Shown: piece by piece, positions 12,522 through 24,923 of the stretch | How positions within the stretch are numbered: the stretch's first letter is position 1 | Layout: every line of letters begins with the position of its first letter | Origin: Phaeosaccion multiseriatum | Lineage: Eukaryota > Protista > Ochrophyta, other classes | DNA: 64,000 nt | NCBI GenBank assembly: GCA_965112735.1 | Contig: OZ218957.1 | Span: forward strand, 2,852,001 to 2,916,000 | Reading direction: 5' to 3' | Notes under the pieces: generated by a model | What the model was told of the DNA's origin: nothing | What the model saw: the letters and a program-made list of their open reading frames with translations, nothing else | The model's database searches: none | Translations under genes and position numbers: made by a program

Positions 12522-12875
12522 TGCGCTCAGGCCTGCGTAAAGCAGACGAAGGAGGTGGGGCGTGGATGAGTTGAAGTAAGAAAGAGTTACAAAAAGGGGG
12601 AAGAGGAGGGGGAAGAAAGAGCATGAGCGGGGCGGTGACGTACCCCCTGCTTGGCGTGCGATGGAGAACAACTACTTGCAGCCACAAGAACTCTGAGCTC
12701 TTCTTGTGACTGCAAGGAGGTCGTCTCCATCGCACGCCAAGCAGGGGGTACGTCACCGCCCCGCTCCTGCTCTTCCCACTCCTAGTCCTTTTTGTTTGTA
12801 GCCCTTTCTTACGATTGTACTTCAACTCATCCACGCCTCACTTCCTTCGTGTCTGCTTACGCAGGCCTGGGCGCA
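12522..12875. repeat. Long imperfect palindrome (~170-bp arms, 10-nt spacer 12691-12700)
   Basis: 43-bp perfect core 12625-12667 is the reverse complement of 12724-12766. Outer arm blocks also pair. Confidence 0.92.
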
Positions 12876-12924
12876 AGGGGGTGGCAGCGCCTGGGCAGCA
12901 AGGACTACTCCTCCTCCTCCTGGG

Positions 12925-13433
12925 CAGCAAGGAAAACGCTCCTGGGCTAAGTGTCCTCAAGTCGCTGCGATCCGAGGACCTCCCTGAAAAGGAGCGCTGC
13001 CCTCGGTCGGCATTTGAGATCAGTCGCGGGAAGCTGGCAGGTGCGGCAATGTGGTTCTGGAGTGGCTGCTGTCCGACGAGTGTGATTTTTAACTGCGCTT
13101 ATCTGTGTTGGAGGAGGCTGTGAAATCAGGGCGCATTAGCGTGCTGGAAAAGCTTGTGCAGCATCCCACCATCAGAGCTGAGATGGAGGCGGTAGACGCA
13201 AGCAGCAGGTGGAGGGAGGGGCCTCTCTGGGCGGCTCAAGAGGGCAATCTGGAAGTGCTGCAATGGCTGCATGTAAACGAGTGGGAGCTGTGCTATTGAC
13301 GTGAGGTCCGATCGGAGGAGGTCATGTGTCCCTAGTACCAGGTGTGGTGATTACTGGGATATGCCCCCTGCCGCTTTTGAGGAGATGAAGGAGTGGGTAC
13401 ATGCCAATGGACACCCCTGCGACTGCCAGGACT
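12925..13433 (+). pseudogene. CPW-ankyrin copy 2, 5'-deleted, frameshifted
   Basis: Fragments GLSVLKSLRSEDLPEKERCP, AVKSGRISVLEKLVQHP, GPLWAAQEGNLEVLQWLH and AAFEEMKEWVHANGHPCDCQD, with a stop and internal deletions. Confidence 0.88.
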
Positions 13434-13486
13434 GGCGTTAGTGCATGGACGTTGAGAGGGGATAGAGGTATCGACACTGCTCTGCT

Positions 13487-13735
13487 GTGGTGCATGAAGA
13501 GAGAAGCCATGTCTGGGTTCCGCGGCTGCCGACGAGCTTGAAGGTAGGCCTGGAGTGCCTTGGCTCGGTCTGGGGACACAGACACGGACGAAGGCGGGCG
13601 CGGGGCGCGTCTATTGCTCACTCCGCGACTGTCTGGAGGATCGCCACAGGGGCGGGGGGGGTGAAGCGTAGAATCTGGCAGCGCTACGCCCTCTGGGCAG
13701 CACAGCAGCAGTCTTTAGACGGCATCTTAAAGGTT
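13487..13735 (+). pseudogene. Possible further decayed CPW-ankyrin fragment
   Basis: WQRYALWAAQQQSLDGILKV resembles WxxGxxWAAxxGxLxxLxW, but the match is weak. Confidence 0.3.
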
Positions 13736-14669
13736 TATACGACATGTAGTCATTTCACCTTCTCTACACAACCTCACGGGTCATGCTCTCCAAATCACTA
13801 CAGGGCATTTGCCGCTGTGCTGTGCTGTGGGCGAAATGTGCATGTTAAACGGGTAAAAGACAGCGCTTCTTGTTACCCGTGTATAAGACCGAAGAGTTGA
13901 GGTTGTCTGAGCGGCGGGGCTTTGAATTGCCTCACTCCTCTCGTTCATGTATACATAAGCAGCGGCCTTGGGGCAACGCCTCATGGCAACCCCACAGTGT
14001 TCGGCCGACTGGAACTGCTGCTCGGGGGTCCATGCGTGTGTCCCTGCCGCCCTCGCTGCCTCCCTCCCCTCCAGGCCTAGCCCAGTCCGACAGCCTTACC
14101 TCCCCCCCTTATCGGCCTGACTCCACAGGGTTGGAAGGTTTGCATGGGCCTTCTGAGCACCCCCATAGCAACAACACCACACAACACACATGTACATGTA
14201 TCGCTATTGGTCATCCATCCATCCCAAAGACTCATGGTGCGGGCGCCTGGTGTAACCGAAACCGTTAACGATGTGGTTGGTCTGGTCGGATGCTCTCTCC
14301 CTTCCGCTCCCCCTTACTTACTTGGGCGTCGAGGGTGCTGAGCTTGGTAGGTACCCAACTCCCAACCCCTTCGACCACCGCGGGATAGGCTCGCAGAGCA
14401 GGAGGTAGGTCGGCATCGGTTTCAGTTTCAGTTGGTCGGATCATCCCCCAGGGAGGTGTGTGTCTCTTGCCCTTCGGGTGCCTTCGATCGGTCGAGCGAC
14501 GTTCAGCCCCCCCTGGGCAATGCCAAGAGCGATCGATGGCACGGAGCGATGGGAGGTGCCATGAGGACAGTTTCAGTTCCCGGCCATACATACTCGTGCC
14601 ATGCTAGTAGTAGCAAGCCATAACAGCAACAGCAGCAGGAGCGCCTTGCTGACTCGCTCACTCGCTCAC

Positions 14670-14738
14670 TCACCCACCCTCCCACCCTTCCACCTTCCCC
14701 GCTGGCCTGTCGCCTGTGGCGGCAACAGCGGCCGCGGA

Positions 14739-14775
<37 letters not shown>

Positions 14776-17710
14776 AGGAGTATCTCCTCAGCCGTCGCCC
14801 GGTCCACACTCGCGCCTCGCAGCCCCGCCTCTACCCGCTCCGGCGTTGTGAGTAGGTCAAACATGGCCTGGGAAGAAGCAAGACAACGCAAGGCGACAAG
14901 GCAAGGGGGGACAGAAGAAGATGATGAAAAGGGGCGGCGACCAAGAGGCCATGTCCAAGAGATTGAGATCAAGTGTGTTATGAGTGCGGGAGGGAGGTCC
15001 CGTCTCCTCCACACTGCAGAGAGTACAGTACAAGTGCTTTCCCCGGCACCTCACCAGAGTTTTCGCCCGAGCATCTCCCCGTCATTATGTCACCCTCTCT
15101 CCCTCTCTCTCTCTCCCTCTCCCGCCCTCTCTCTCTCTCTCTCCCTCTCTCCCCCCCTCTCTCTCCCTCTCTCCCCCCCTCTCTCCCCCCCTCTCTCTCC
15201 CTCTCCCTCTCTATCTCCCTGTACCCCCCCTCCCTCCCCCGTCCCCTCTCCCACCTCTCCCAACTCTCCCACCTGGCTCTCCAACGCAAACAGGCCTAGC
15301 ATCTGCCCCGCCCCGAGTTTGAATCCAGGAATGCACTCCTCCACAATCTCGGCTCCTTGCTTGCGGGGGAAGAAGAAAGTGAGCTCTCCGACGACGGCGA
15401 CGTTGTGGGGTAGGCCCTGAGATTCATAGGATTGAATCGTTGAGGAGGAGGAGGAGGAGGAGGAGGAGGAGCAGGAGGAGGAGCAAGAGCAGGAGCAGGA
15501 GTAGGAGCAGGAGGAGGATGAGGAGGAGGGAAGGGGGGGGGGGCAGGGAGTGGGGGGAGAGAACAGACACACAGGAGAGAGGGCGGAAAGGGAGGGCAGT
15601 GTAAGCGGTGGTGACATAAAAGACAGGCCGACCAATTGCCAGAGAGCGGAGGCCCCTCTCCTTCCCCGGTTACGTCCCCCTGAGAGCATTCCCAACCAAG
15701 GGGTCCTTCCCCCCCCCCCCCCCTTACTTGGAGGCACTTCCACTTACCCTGAGCTGAGCCTCCTCCACAAGGTGCCACAGCGCCCGACCCGTCGCAGTAA
15801 CATTCCCACCCCCTTCAGAGTCTTCAGGGCCTTGACCTTCACATCTGAGCACCACACATTGAGCAGGGTACAAGGAGCCAAGCAGCACGCCGACAACGCC
15901 TGTCGATGTCGATGTCGATGTCGATGTCGATGTCGATGTCGGTGCCGATGTCGCGGTCGCAGAAGTACCACCGCTACGGCCACTGGTGCCGCTACTGCCG
16001 TTACTATCGCTTCTACTGCTGCTGTCGCTACTCCTGGTGAGGACGCCCTCAGGCTCGCTGTCAGGAGAGGGGAAGCGCACCACCATTGGCGAGTCTCCTC
16101 CTTGCCCTGCTGCTGTGATATCAACTGCTGCTGCTAACGCACGTTGAGCCGCCGCCTCGACGGCGTAAGCGACGGTTTTCTTCCAGACATGCGCGTGAAT
16201 GTGGTTTTGGCTCGCACCTTGAGCAGGGAAGGGGAGAGAAGGAGACAGGAGAGAGGACGATTGAGAGAGAGAGAGGCAGAGAGAGAGAGAGTGGAAGATC
16301 CAGAGATCGTGAGAGACATGGAGAAGAGAGAGGGACAGCAGGGCCGTGGGGAAGAGGCAATACGGCAATAAGGCAAGTATAGTAAGTACGTGGAAGTAAG
16401 AAAAACACTGCTCACTGTCATCTACTGTCAATCTGGTATGCCTCAGCGCTTACTAAACGGATCCACTCTTCGGCCACCCTTCTCGTCCCTTCCCTTCCCT
16501 TCCATGCTTCTACACCCCACCCACATACCCACCCACCTGCACCTGCCGAGTTGTAGTTGACACACAGAGGGTTCCCCCCTGGGTCCCTCAGACCGCCCCC
16601 TATGTCAACAAGGTCAATGCAGTCCTCTTGCGTGAGTAGCTGAGCCCTCTGGTTGGAGGGGAGACGGAGCTCAGGCACCTGCGGTAGTAGAGGTAAACAC
16701 CAGCAAGGAAGGAAGGGAGGGCGTGTGGGTGTGGGTGTTCGGTGTATGGGCGTGTGCAGGAAGGTAGGAGGAGGAGGGGGGAGGAGGAGGAGGAGGAGGA
16801 AGTCCACCCATTCACTCACCAGGAGAAAATGCCCTTCCTTCTCCACTGGACTGACATTGAAGTGACAGTCCCACCTCCGCTGACTGCTACTCATTTGCAG
16901 CACGACGAGCTTGTCTCTGGCCTCGAGGCGCAGCGGCCCGGTGCAAAGACTGCAAGAGGTGGGGGAGTGCGGGGGGAGCTGGGCAGCTGAGGGAGGGAGG
17001 GGAGGGGAGGGAGGGGGGGGAAGAGGAAAGAGGGAGAGGGTAAGCGGGAATCTTACTAGCGAGGAGGGTTGGGTTGGTCAAGTATCATCACCTGCAATGT
17101 TGGTAAAGGCAGGCGGCCTGAAGCGGCGGTTTCCCGAGACGAGGCAGTGGTAAGGACCCACTGTCTTGAGCGGTGACGTGATCGCGCCTCCCGCTGCTGC
17201 TGCTGTTGCTGCTGCTGCCGCTGCTACTACTGTTGCTCCCGCTTCACTCCCCTCCTCCACACGGATGATGCTCTTCTCATCAAAGGAGAACTCTTCAATC
17301 ACATGCTCTTCCTCCGGTTCCTCCCCCTGCTGGTGCGGGTGCTGCTTCCCTTGACCCATGCTCTGCTTTCTCTTGACCAACCGCAGACCGTGGGTGACTG
17401 TACCCGTGGCGGACTGAATCTTGCCCTGCTCGATGACGCCCCTCCATCTGGAGAAAAAGAAAGGGCAACCCACGAACGATACGCACGCCCTTCTTGAGTG
17501 TCACAGAAGCAGAAGAGAAACCCATAGACACATTACTCACCTCTGAAAAAGCTTTGGGCCTGCCGCTCCGACTCCGACAGTTGAGGAGGTAGAAATCGCC
17601 AGAGCCTCCGCGCTGAAGCATCTGACCCTAAAAAAACAAGTCATGCTCTTGGTGGGGGGGCCAATAATGGCAACACAGGCAAGGGAGAGGAACAAGAAGA
17701 GCAGGAGCAT
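14670..17710 (-). CDS. GDPGP1/VTC2-like HIT-superfamily nucleotide-sugar phosphorylase
   Basis: Seven exons (~17710-17541, 17447-17092, 16986-16820, 16678-16537, 16218-15768, 15417-15272, 14867-14670). Motifs FNVSPVEKEGHFLLVP and VNYNSAGAGASQNHIHAH match family motifs NVSPxxxGHxLLxP and xNSxGxxAxxNHLHxH. Confidence 0.72.
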
Positions 17711-17965
17711 TATAAAGGAGATAGATCGATCAAATTGGAAGGAGAAGCACTGCTTCAGCCATTCGCTTCAATTAAACATGTGCTCAGCAAGCCAGCTAGC
17801 CAGCCCAGCCAGCGTATCGCCAGCAAGCAAATCGCAAACGACATCACCGCAGATCACAGATTCGAGGTACCAACACGCGCAGAAAGAGACGGAGACGGGA
17901 TCCGGCAGCGTAAGGGTGTAATATACAAGGATCCGGCAGCGAAGGAATTGTCTCCTTTTCTCCGG

Positions 17966-19558
17966 ATGTTTTCCAAGCTGAAGAAGAAACTGGGGAAAGG
18001 AGAGGGACAGGAAGCACCAGCGAAGAAGGCCCTCCAAGCCGAGGCGCGTTGGCTCGGCCAGGTCAAGCTGTTTCCGGAGGGCAGCGTGGATGCCGTGAAG
18101 GAAGATCCTGTGCCTGGTGGGCTGCATCGGATGCTGACGATTCAGCTGCAGGCTGAGGCGCCGGCTGATGCAATAGCTTCGATAGCACCGCCCTCCTCCT
18201 CTTCCTCCGATGTGGACCTGCAGAAGCAGCAGCGGCAATACCCAACCATGTTGTGCGAGGTGAAGCTTGAGCAGCATCTGCCCTCCGGGGCGTACATCGA
18301 CATGGACGAGATCAGAAACAGACACAACTTTGGAGTAGGCGGAGCAGCAGGAGGAAGTGGCATAGCGGGGCCGATGAGGGTAGACAGCGATGGGGTGATT
18401 GATGTGGAGTTGCCCGCCCAGGCCTCCCCGGAGCACGTCGTAACACTGAGCTACACGACGCGAGTGACGGGGGAAGAAGTGGAACGGCGAGGAGCTGGTG
18501 GTGCCGGGGCCTCTGGGGCAGGACCGACACAAGCTGTACTGAGGTGAGTGAGTGAGTGAGTGAGTGAGTGAGTGAGGGAGTGAGTGAGTGATTGAGAGGG
18601 TAGTGTCATGACCGTGGGGGAAGAGCCTGTCCAACACAGCCCTACGCGTATTGAGTTAAGGACCCAACCTTGTGACTCTCGTTCTAAACCCCCTCCCTCC
18701 CTCCCTCCCTACTCTCTGCTGCTGTCCACCCCTTGTGCCGCAACAACGCTCGACCTGCAACCCTCCAGAATACGAGAAGAGCTGCGCCTTCCCGTGCACC
18801 TTCGCTACCCTCCATGTATCCCCACAGAGACACCACCGGCACCTCCAGCACCATCAGAGCCGGCGTCTTCCTCGTCATCTTCCTCTTCTCCTCCTCCTCC
18901 TCCTCCTTCTCCTCCGCCTCCCTCTTCTCCTTCTCCGCCACTACCGCCATCGTCTCTCCCAACGCCGTACTCAGCCACGCACGCTGTAGTCACTCTCTTC
19001 CCCCCCGCGGCCTCCTTTCGATGCATGCATACCATGTTAGGACAGGGGATGGCAGTGGATGGGCAGGGGGTGTCAGGACAGGGGGCTTTGTCTGGCGACA
19101 ACGGCGCCTTTGCTGCCTTTGCTGCGAGTCAAGCGTGGCTTCCACTGGAGCCGCCCCCCCACGGAGGCGGGGGGGGAGGAGGAGGTGGCCTGAGACTGCT
19201 CGTGCCCGCCTGCCAGGAGCGACACGCGACCTTCGTAATGTACAGCACGTACGGCACGGTGCTCATTGGCACACTGGTGCTCCTGCTCCTGCTCTTCTGG
19301 CCCAGTAAGACTGACAGCAGCAGCATCAGCAGTAGCAGCAGGAGTAGTACTAGTAGTAGTGGTGGTAGCATCAACACGGATGGCAAGAGCGGTGCAGCCC
19401 CCTCGGACACCGTACAGGCAGCAGCAGGTGGGGATACAGGTAGAGATGTAGATACAGCAGCAGATGCAGATGTAGATACAGCAGTTGGTGATGCGGCAAC
19501 ATCACCGTATCCCAGGCGGCGGCGCTCCAGCAAGCTCAGACGAAAGGCAGACGCATAG
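17966..19558 (+). CDS. PIGX: GPI-mannosyltransferase I subunit PIG-X/PBN1-like
   Basis: Exons 17966-18543 and 18769-19558. Motifs GGLHR, LPSGAYIDMDE, IDVELPA, LPVHLRY and LLVP are followed by a C-terminal TM helix. Confidence 0.75.
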
Positions 19559-19805
19559 AACATCGATTGTGAAGATTAAGAGATTAGGAGTGAATCTGAT
19601 GGAGATGGTTGTTAGGATCTTTACGTAGCACTTTGTTTTGATGTGCGGGGGTGAGTGGGTTTACATGCAGGCTGCTTCAAACTACAATAAGGCTTTCTTA
19701 ATAACCAGAGCCTCGTCGCCTCCCCCCAAAAACCCGCCAAGCACTTCCCCTCTCCTTCTCACCCACCCACCCATCCATCCATCTTCCCTCGCTCTACTCA
19801 CTCAC

Positions 19806-22800
19806 TCACTCAAGCCTCCTTCCTTGACTTTTCAAGAATGTCCTTCTTCCTGAGCTGGTGCTTGTCTTCTTTGATGTCATGGCCTGCGGCGTCTGGGAAG
19901 AGTCTGTCTCGCTGCCTCTCAAGGGCGTCGAGGGCCTCCTCATCTTTGTCGAGCTGCGTGTCTAAGTGCTCCAAGAGGGCGTCCTGTTGTGTGTGCGTGA
20001 GTGTGGGTGTGAGTGCGTGTGTGTGGGTGTGCGTGTGTGGGTGGGTGTGTGTGGGTGTGCGTGTGTGGGTGGGGGGGTGGGTGCAGTTGTGTGTGTGACG
20101 TGTGAGTGTGTGAGTATGGTAAGTTCAATGGTATCACACATCGATTTACTTACATCAATTATTCTGTCACTCACTCACTCACAAACTCACTCACTCACTC
20201 ACTCAACAATCCATCCATCCACCCACCAACCCACGTACCTACCTCCCCACCCACCCACACACGCAACCCCCTCTGTCCTGACACTCACCATTCCAGCGCG
20301 CTGCGTGAAGGAGGTGAAGAGGAGACGCAGCAGCGGACTGCGGTGCATTTGCTTGACAATCTCGTCGGACGCTCTGAGAGAGAGCAAGCACGTCCAGGGT
20401 AGAGGTGTATGGGCACGACAGAGCAGAGGGACATGGGCAGGGTAGAGGTGTATGGGCAGGGCGGGGTAGAGACGGGATGGGCAGGGTAGAGGCGTATGGG
20501 TAGGGCGGGGTAGAGTGCACGCGAGGAGAAGGGGGTGGATGATGGGCAGGGGAGTGAGGGAAGCAGTCAAGAGCAGACCCAGTCACAAGCAGTACTACAA
20601 AACCAAAAATCGCCATTCTTCACTCATTCATTGCCAAATTCAATCTCTCACTGCCTTACCGGAGGTTGGCGAGGCACCTCCCTAGAATGAGCCTGTTGAG
20701 AAGCAGCCCCTGGTGTGAGTTGACGACGGTGCGATCTCCACCTTGCACCAACGTGCGTACCATGTGGCGGAGCAGCAGCTGGGGGATGATGGTCTGTGGA
20801 GAGGGAGGGATAGAGAATGGGAGGGAGGGAGGGAGGGAGGGAGGGAGGGAGGGAGGGAGGGAGGGAGGGAGGGAGGGAGGGAGGGAGGGAGGGAGGGAGG
20901 GAGGGAGGGAGGGAAGGAGAGAGGGAGGGAGGGAGCAAGGGAGGGAGCGAGCGAGGCAGACGAAGGGAGAGAGAGACAACAGAGTGCGCGTGAGAGAGAG
21001 AGAGCGAGAGAGATGCAGACAGGTGAGGGAAGGAGAGACAAAGCAGACCATCCACTGCCATCCACTGCCATAGTCTTTCATCTTACCTTTCCCATGGCGG
21101 CCTGGACCTTCTGCATATTTGAGCTCTTCACCTCTGCGTGGTGCGTGCTGAGCATGAGAGTGTGCACCACCGCCACCGTCTCTCGGGCTGCCTCCTCCAC
21201 CGCATCCTGTGAGTCAGAGTCAGAGTTAGAGTCAGTCAGAGTTTCTAGTTGTTGAGTACTTTGTAGTAAGAGTTTGAGTTGTTCAGTCAGTTGAGTTTTA
21301 GTGTACATTACCAACTGATCCTCAAACTCACCTGTATGACTCCCTCCAGGGCCGTGTCGAGATCCGAGGTTTGATACGCCACCTGGGCAGCCTCTTGCAT
21401 TAGTTCAAGGAGCACTCCCTCTGCGATGGCAGCGTAAGTCTGCTCGGTGCGCTTCTCTTCGAAGTACGTGTCCGTGAGCTCGGAGATAGCCTCTTCACAG
21501 AGACTGGAGAGAAGGGACAGAGGGGAGGGACAGAGGGGAGGGGAGGGGAGGGGAGAGAAGGGGAGAGAAGGGAGGGAGGGACGGGGCCAGAGAAGCAGAG
21601 CGCAAGAGGGTGAGCTAGCTCCATCTCCCTCCTTCCCTTTCTTCCGCCCTTGGGTACCTCCCCGACTCGCCTTACCTCCTGGCGAGGGGCACGACTCCCT
21701 CTGTGACGATGTCGTCGCTGATCTTCAGCAGAGGGTGGCGCAGAGTGCGGGCGTGCGCCTGTCATAAGGGGCAGGGGCAGGAGATATAGAGGCATATGAA
21801 GGAGAAAGCAAGCAGAGGCATATGGGAGATTAGTTAAGAGGCAAAGAAGGAAGGGAGGGAGGCAGGGAGGGAGGGAGGGAGGGAGAGAAGGAATGAGGGA
21901 GGGAGGGAGAGAGAAGGAGGGAGGTAGGTACACAAGGGGGCGAGAGAGGAGAGGGGTGTAGGGGCTATGGAAGCTAGCAAGCGTGGGTGCGTGTGTGGGT
22001 GCGTGTGTAGGCGCTTTCACCATCAGGAAGCAAGCTTGGCAGCGTATATGGGCGTGAGCGTTGGCGTGTGTGTGTGTGGGCGCGTGAAGCTCACCTTGTG
22101 CATGTATGCGGAGACGCCGCTCGTGATGCTCTCTGTGACCACTTGCTTGATGTTGTCGTCAACTGCAGTCTACGGGGGTGGGGATGACAGTGGACAAGCA
22201 TGAGATGGCAGTGGATGGGCAGGAGATGGCAGGAGACGGCAGATGGCAGGGGATGGTAGGGGATGGCCGGAGATGGCAGGGGACGAGGGGACGGCAGGGG
22301 ATGAGAAGGGGAGGGCAGGGCAGGGCAGGATAGGTATTAAAACAGGGAGGAAGGGAGGGAGGGCAGCGATACACCTACACACTCACGCACAAACACACCC
22401 ACCCATACACATACCCACACACCCATACACCCACAAACAAACCCACCGACACATGCACTCGAACAAACACCCACACCCGTTGACTTACGTCAGTGAGCTC
22501 CTCCCACACACTGCGCAGCACCATCTCCCTGTCCTGCATTATCTCCTGATTGAGTGTGTGTCGGCAGAGTACGACGGTGAGCTCGTCCAGCACATCATGT
22601 ACGATGGTCATGGTGGCGAGGTAGCACACCACTCTGTACGGGGGGAGGGGGAGGAGGAGGAGGAGGCGGAGGAGGAGGAGGAGGAGGAGGAGGAGGAGGA
22701 GGAGGAGGAGGAGGAGGAGGAGGAGGAGGAGGAGGAGGAGGAAGAGGAGGAGGAGGAGGAGGAGGAGGAGGAGGAGGAGGAGGAGGAGGAGGAGGAGGAG

Positions 22801-23162
22801 GAGGAGGAGGAGGAGGAAGAGGAGGAGGAAGAGGAGGAGGAAGATGAGGAGGAAGAGGAGGAGGAGGGGGGGGAGGAGGAGGAGAGGAGGGGGGGGGGGG
22901 AGGAGGGGAGGAGAGGAAAGGGGAAGGTGGAGAGGGATGCCAGATGGCGGTTTCGCGTTAGAAGGAAAGAGCGGGAGTACAAGACACATTATACCGCAAC
23001 AAAAGGTACCAAACATAGCCCTGATCCACCCTCGCTGCAATGCAGTGCCTTTTTAATCGTTCTTCAGAGAAGGCCGATCCCTCCTGCAGCAGCCTCGCAG
23101 CTCAGGCACACCCACTCACCCAAAACATAGAAGCCCCCACCTTCCCCCATCCCACTAACACA

Positions 23163-23195
<33 letters not shown>

Positions 23196-24577
23196 GCACA
23201 CACACACAAACGCACTCACAAGCACTCACTTCAAGGCCTGGTCTGCCTTGTCCGCCCTGGCCTTGGCCTCAGCCTCTAATCGGGCGAGCTGCTGTTTCAG
23301 AAAGAGCACCCTCCTACGAGCTCTCCTCCCTCGAAACGCCTTTTGGATCATCGTGGTAGCCTTCATCAGCCCCTCTGCAGCCCTCTTCCGCTGCTTGCGC
23401 GTCAGCCTCAACCTCTTGCTCCCCTTGCCCTTCCCTTTGCCTCTGCCCTTGCCCTCTGCATCGGCTGCGTAGGTCTTTGTGGCAAGAGCAAAGTCGGCAT
23501 GCGCCTTCTTCTTCTTCCTCCCGTCCGCCTCGCCCCCCTCCTTGTCGTCCTCGTCGTCGTCGTCCTCCTCCCCCTCCTCCTCCTCGCTCCACCGCTTCCC
23601 TTTGGCCTTCCTCCTGTCCCTGCTTTTCTTGCCGGCCTTCCTTGTCCTTTTCGAAGCGTCCCGACCTTTCTTCTTGCCCTTCTTGTTCCTCCTCGTACTC
23701 CTCCCTCGTCTTCTGTGCCCCCGGCCGCTACTGTCGCTACTGCTACTGATGCTTCTGCTGCTACTGCTGGGGCTCCTCCTCCTCCTCCTCCTTCTCTTCA
23801 TCCTCTTCCTACTACTACTACTACTACTACTACCACTGCCGCTGCTGCTGCTGCTGCCACTACTACTACTACTGCTCCTACCCCTGCTGCTGCTGCTCCG
23901 ATTCCTCTGCTTTCTGTGGTGACTGCGATGCCTCCGGCTTGCACTATGTCCATCCCTCCTCGCTCTGCTCCTGCTCCTCCTCCTATCATATCTCCGACCC
24001 TTTCTCCCGCCGCCATGCCTGCTGTTCTTCCTCCTCCTCCGCCCGCTGCCGCTGCTACTGCCACTGTTACTACTACCACTGCCGCCTCTACTGCTCCCAC
24101 TCCTTTCGCTGCTGCTACTACTACTGCTCCGACTCCCGCTGCTGCTGCCACGATCCCGACGCGTACCCCGCCTCCCGCTTCGGCCTCTACCTCCATCCCG
24201 TCGAAGGCCCCTTACATCCCCCCTGCCTCTTCCTTCCCCGCCGTCGTCTACATCATCCCTCCCTCCCCTGCTCGGACTCTTGTGCCCCTCGCTCGTCCGC
24301 CGGCCTGCGTTCTTTATTTCCATTGCCTGCGCCTCGCTGTTTTCATCCATCCGTACCCTCCTCCCTTCCTGCGGCTGAGCGCCCTGCTGCTGCTGTTGCT
24401 GCTGTTGCTGCTGTTGTTGTTGTTGTTGTCGTGGTGCTTGTTGTTGCTGGTGCTGCTGTTGTTGGTGATGCATCCGCCTCTGCTCCCGTCCCGTTCCCGG
24501 GTACATGCGCCTCTGCTCCTCATGAAGCTGGCGATTGTACTCTTCTGCGGCATGTCGGGGAGACAGGTACGGCAGAA

Positions 24578-24612
<35 letters not shown>

Positions 24613-24731
24613 ACCTTCTGAAGCCGATTGTACTGTTGCTGCTGGCGCTGCTGGAGCTGCAGCTGCTGGTGGTACATCCATTGCGCCTGTTTCTGCCGCA
24701 GATCGTCGCTCTGTGGCTGTCCCTGCTGCTG

Positions 24732-24768
<37 letters not shown>

Positions 24769-24923
24769 TGTTGGGAGAGCTGCTGCTGTGCTTGCAGCTG
24801 GTGTGGCTGCTGTGAGTGCTGCTGCTGCTGCTGCTGCTGGGGGAGCTGCAGCGGCGGAACAACCACGGGGGGGGGCTGCTCCGGGACGCTGAGAATGACC
24901 TTCCTCGGAGAAGGTAAGGCCAT
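19806..24923 (-). CDS. IQ-motif protein with Q-rich and RS-rich N-terminus and helical C-terminus
   Basis: Large first exon (to ~23230) contains MIQKAFRGRRARR (IQ motif). About 8 further small exons (~22632-22488, 22170-22094, 21760-21675, 21503-21332, 21207-21087, 20793-20659, 20375-20288, 19983-19806) have GT-AG ends. Confidence 0.65.
22648..22882. repeat. (GAG)n tract, read as (CTC)n at the 3' end of an intron of the IQ gene
   Basis: Direct read; lies just upstream of an acceptor on the - strand. Confidence 0.9.

Noticed and set aside
22243-23130. Poly-E, poly-L and poly-S ORFs
   Set aside because: Intronic (GAG)n tract of the - strand IQ gene
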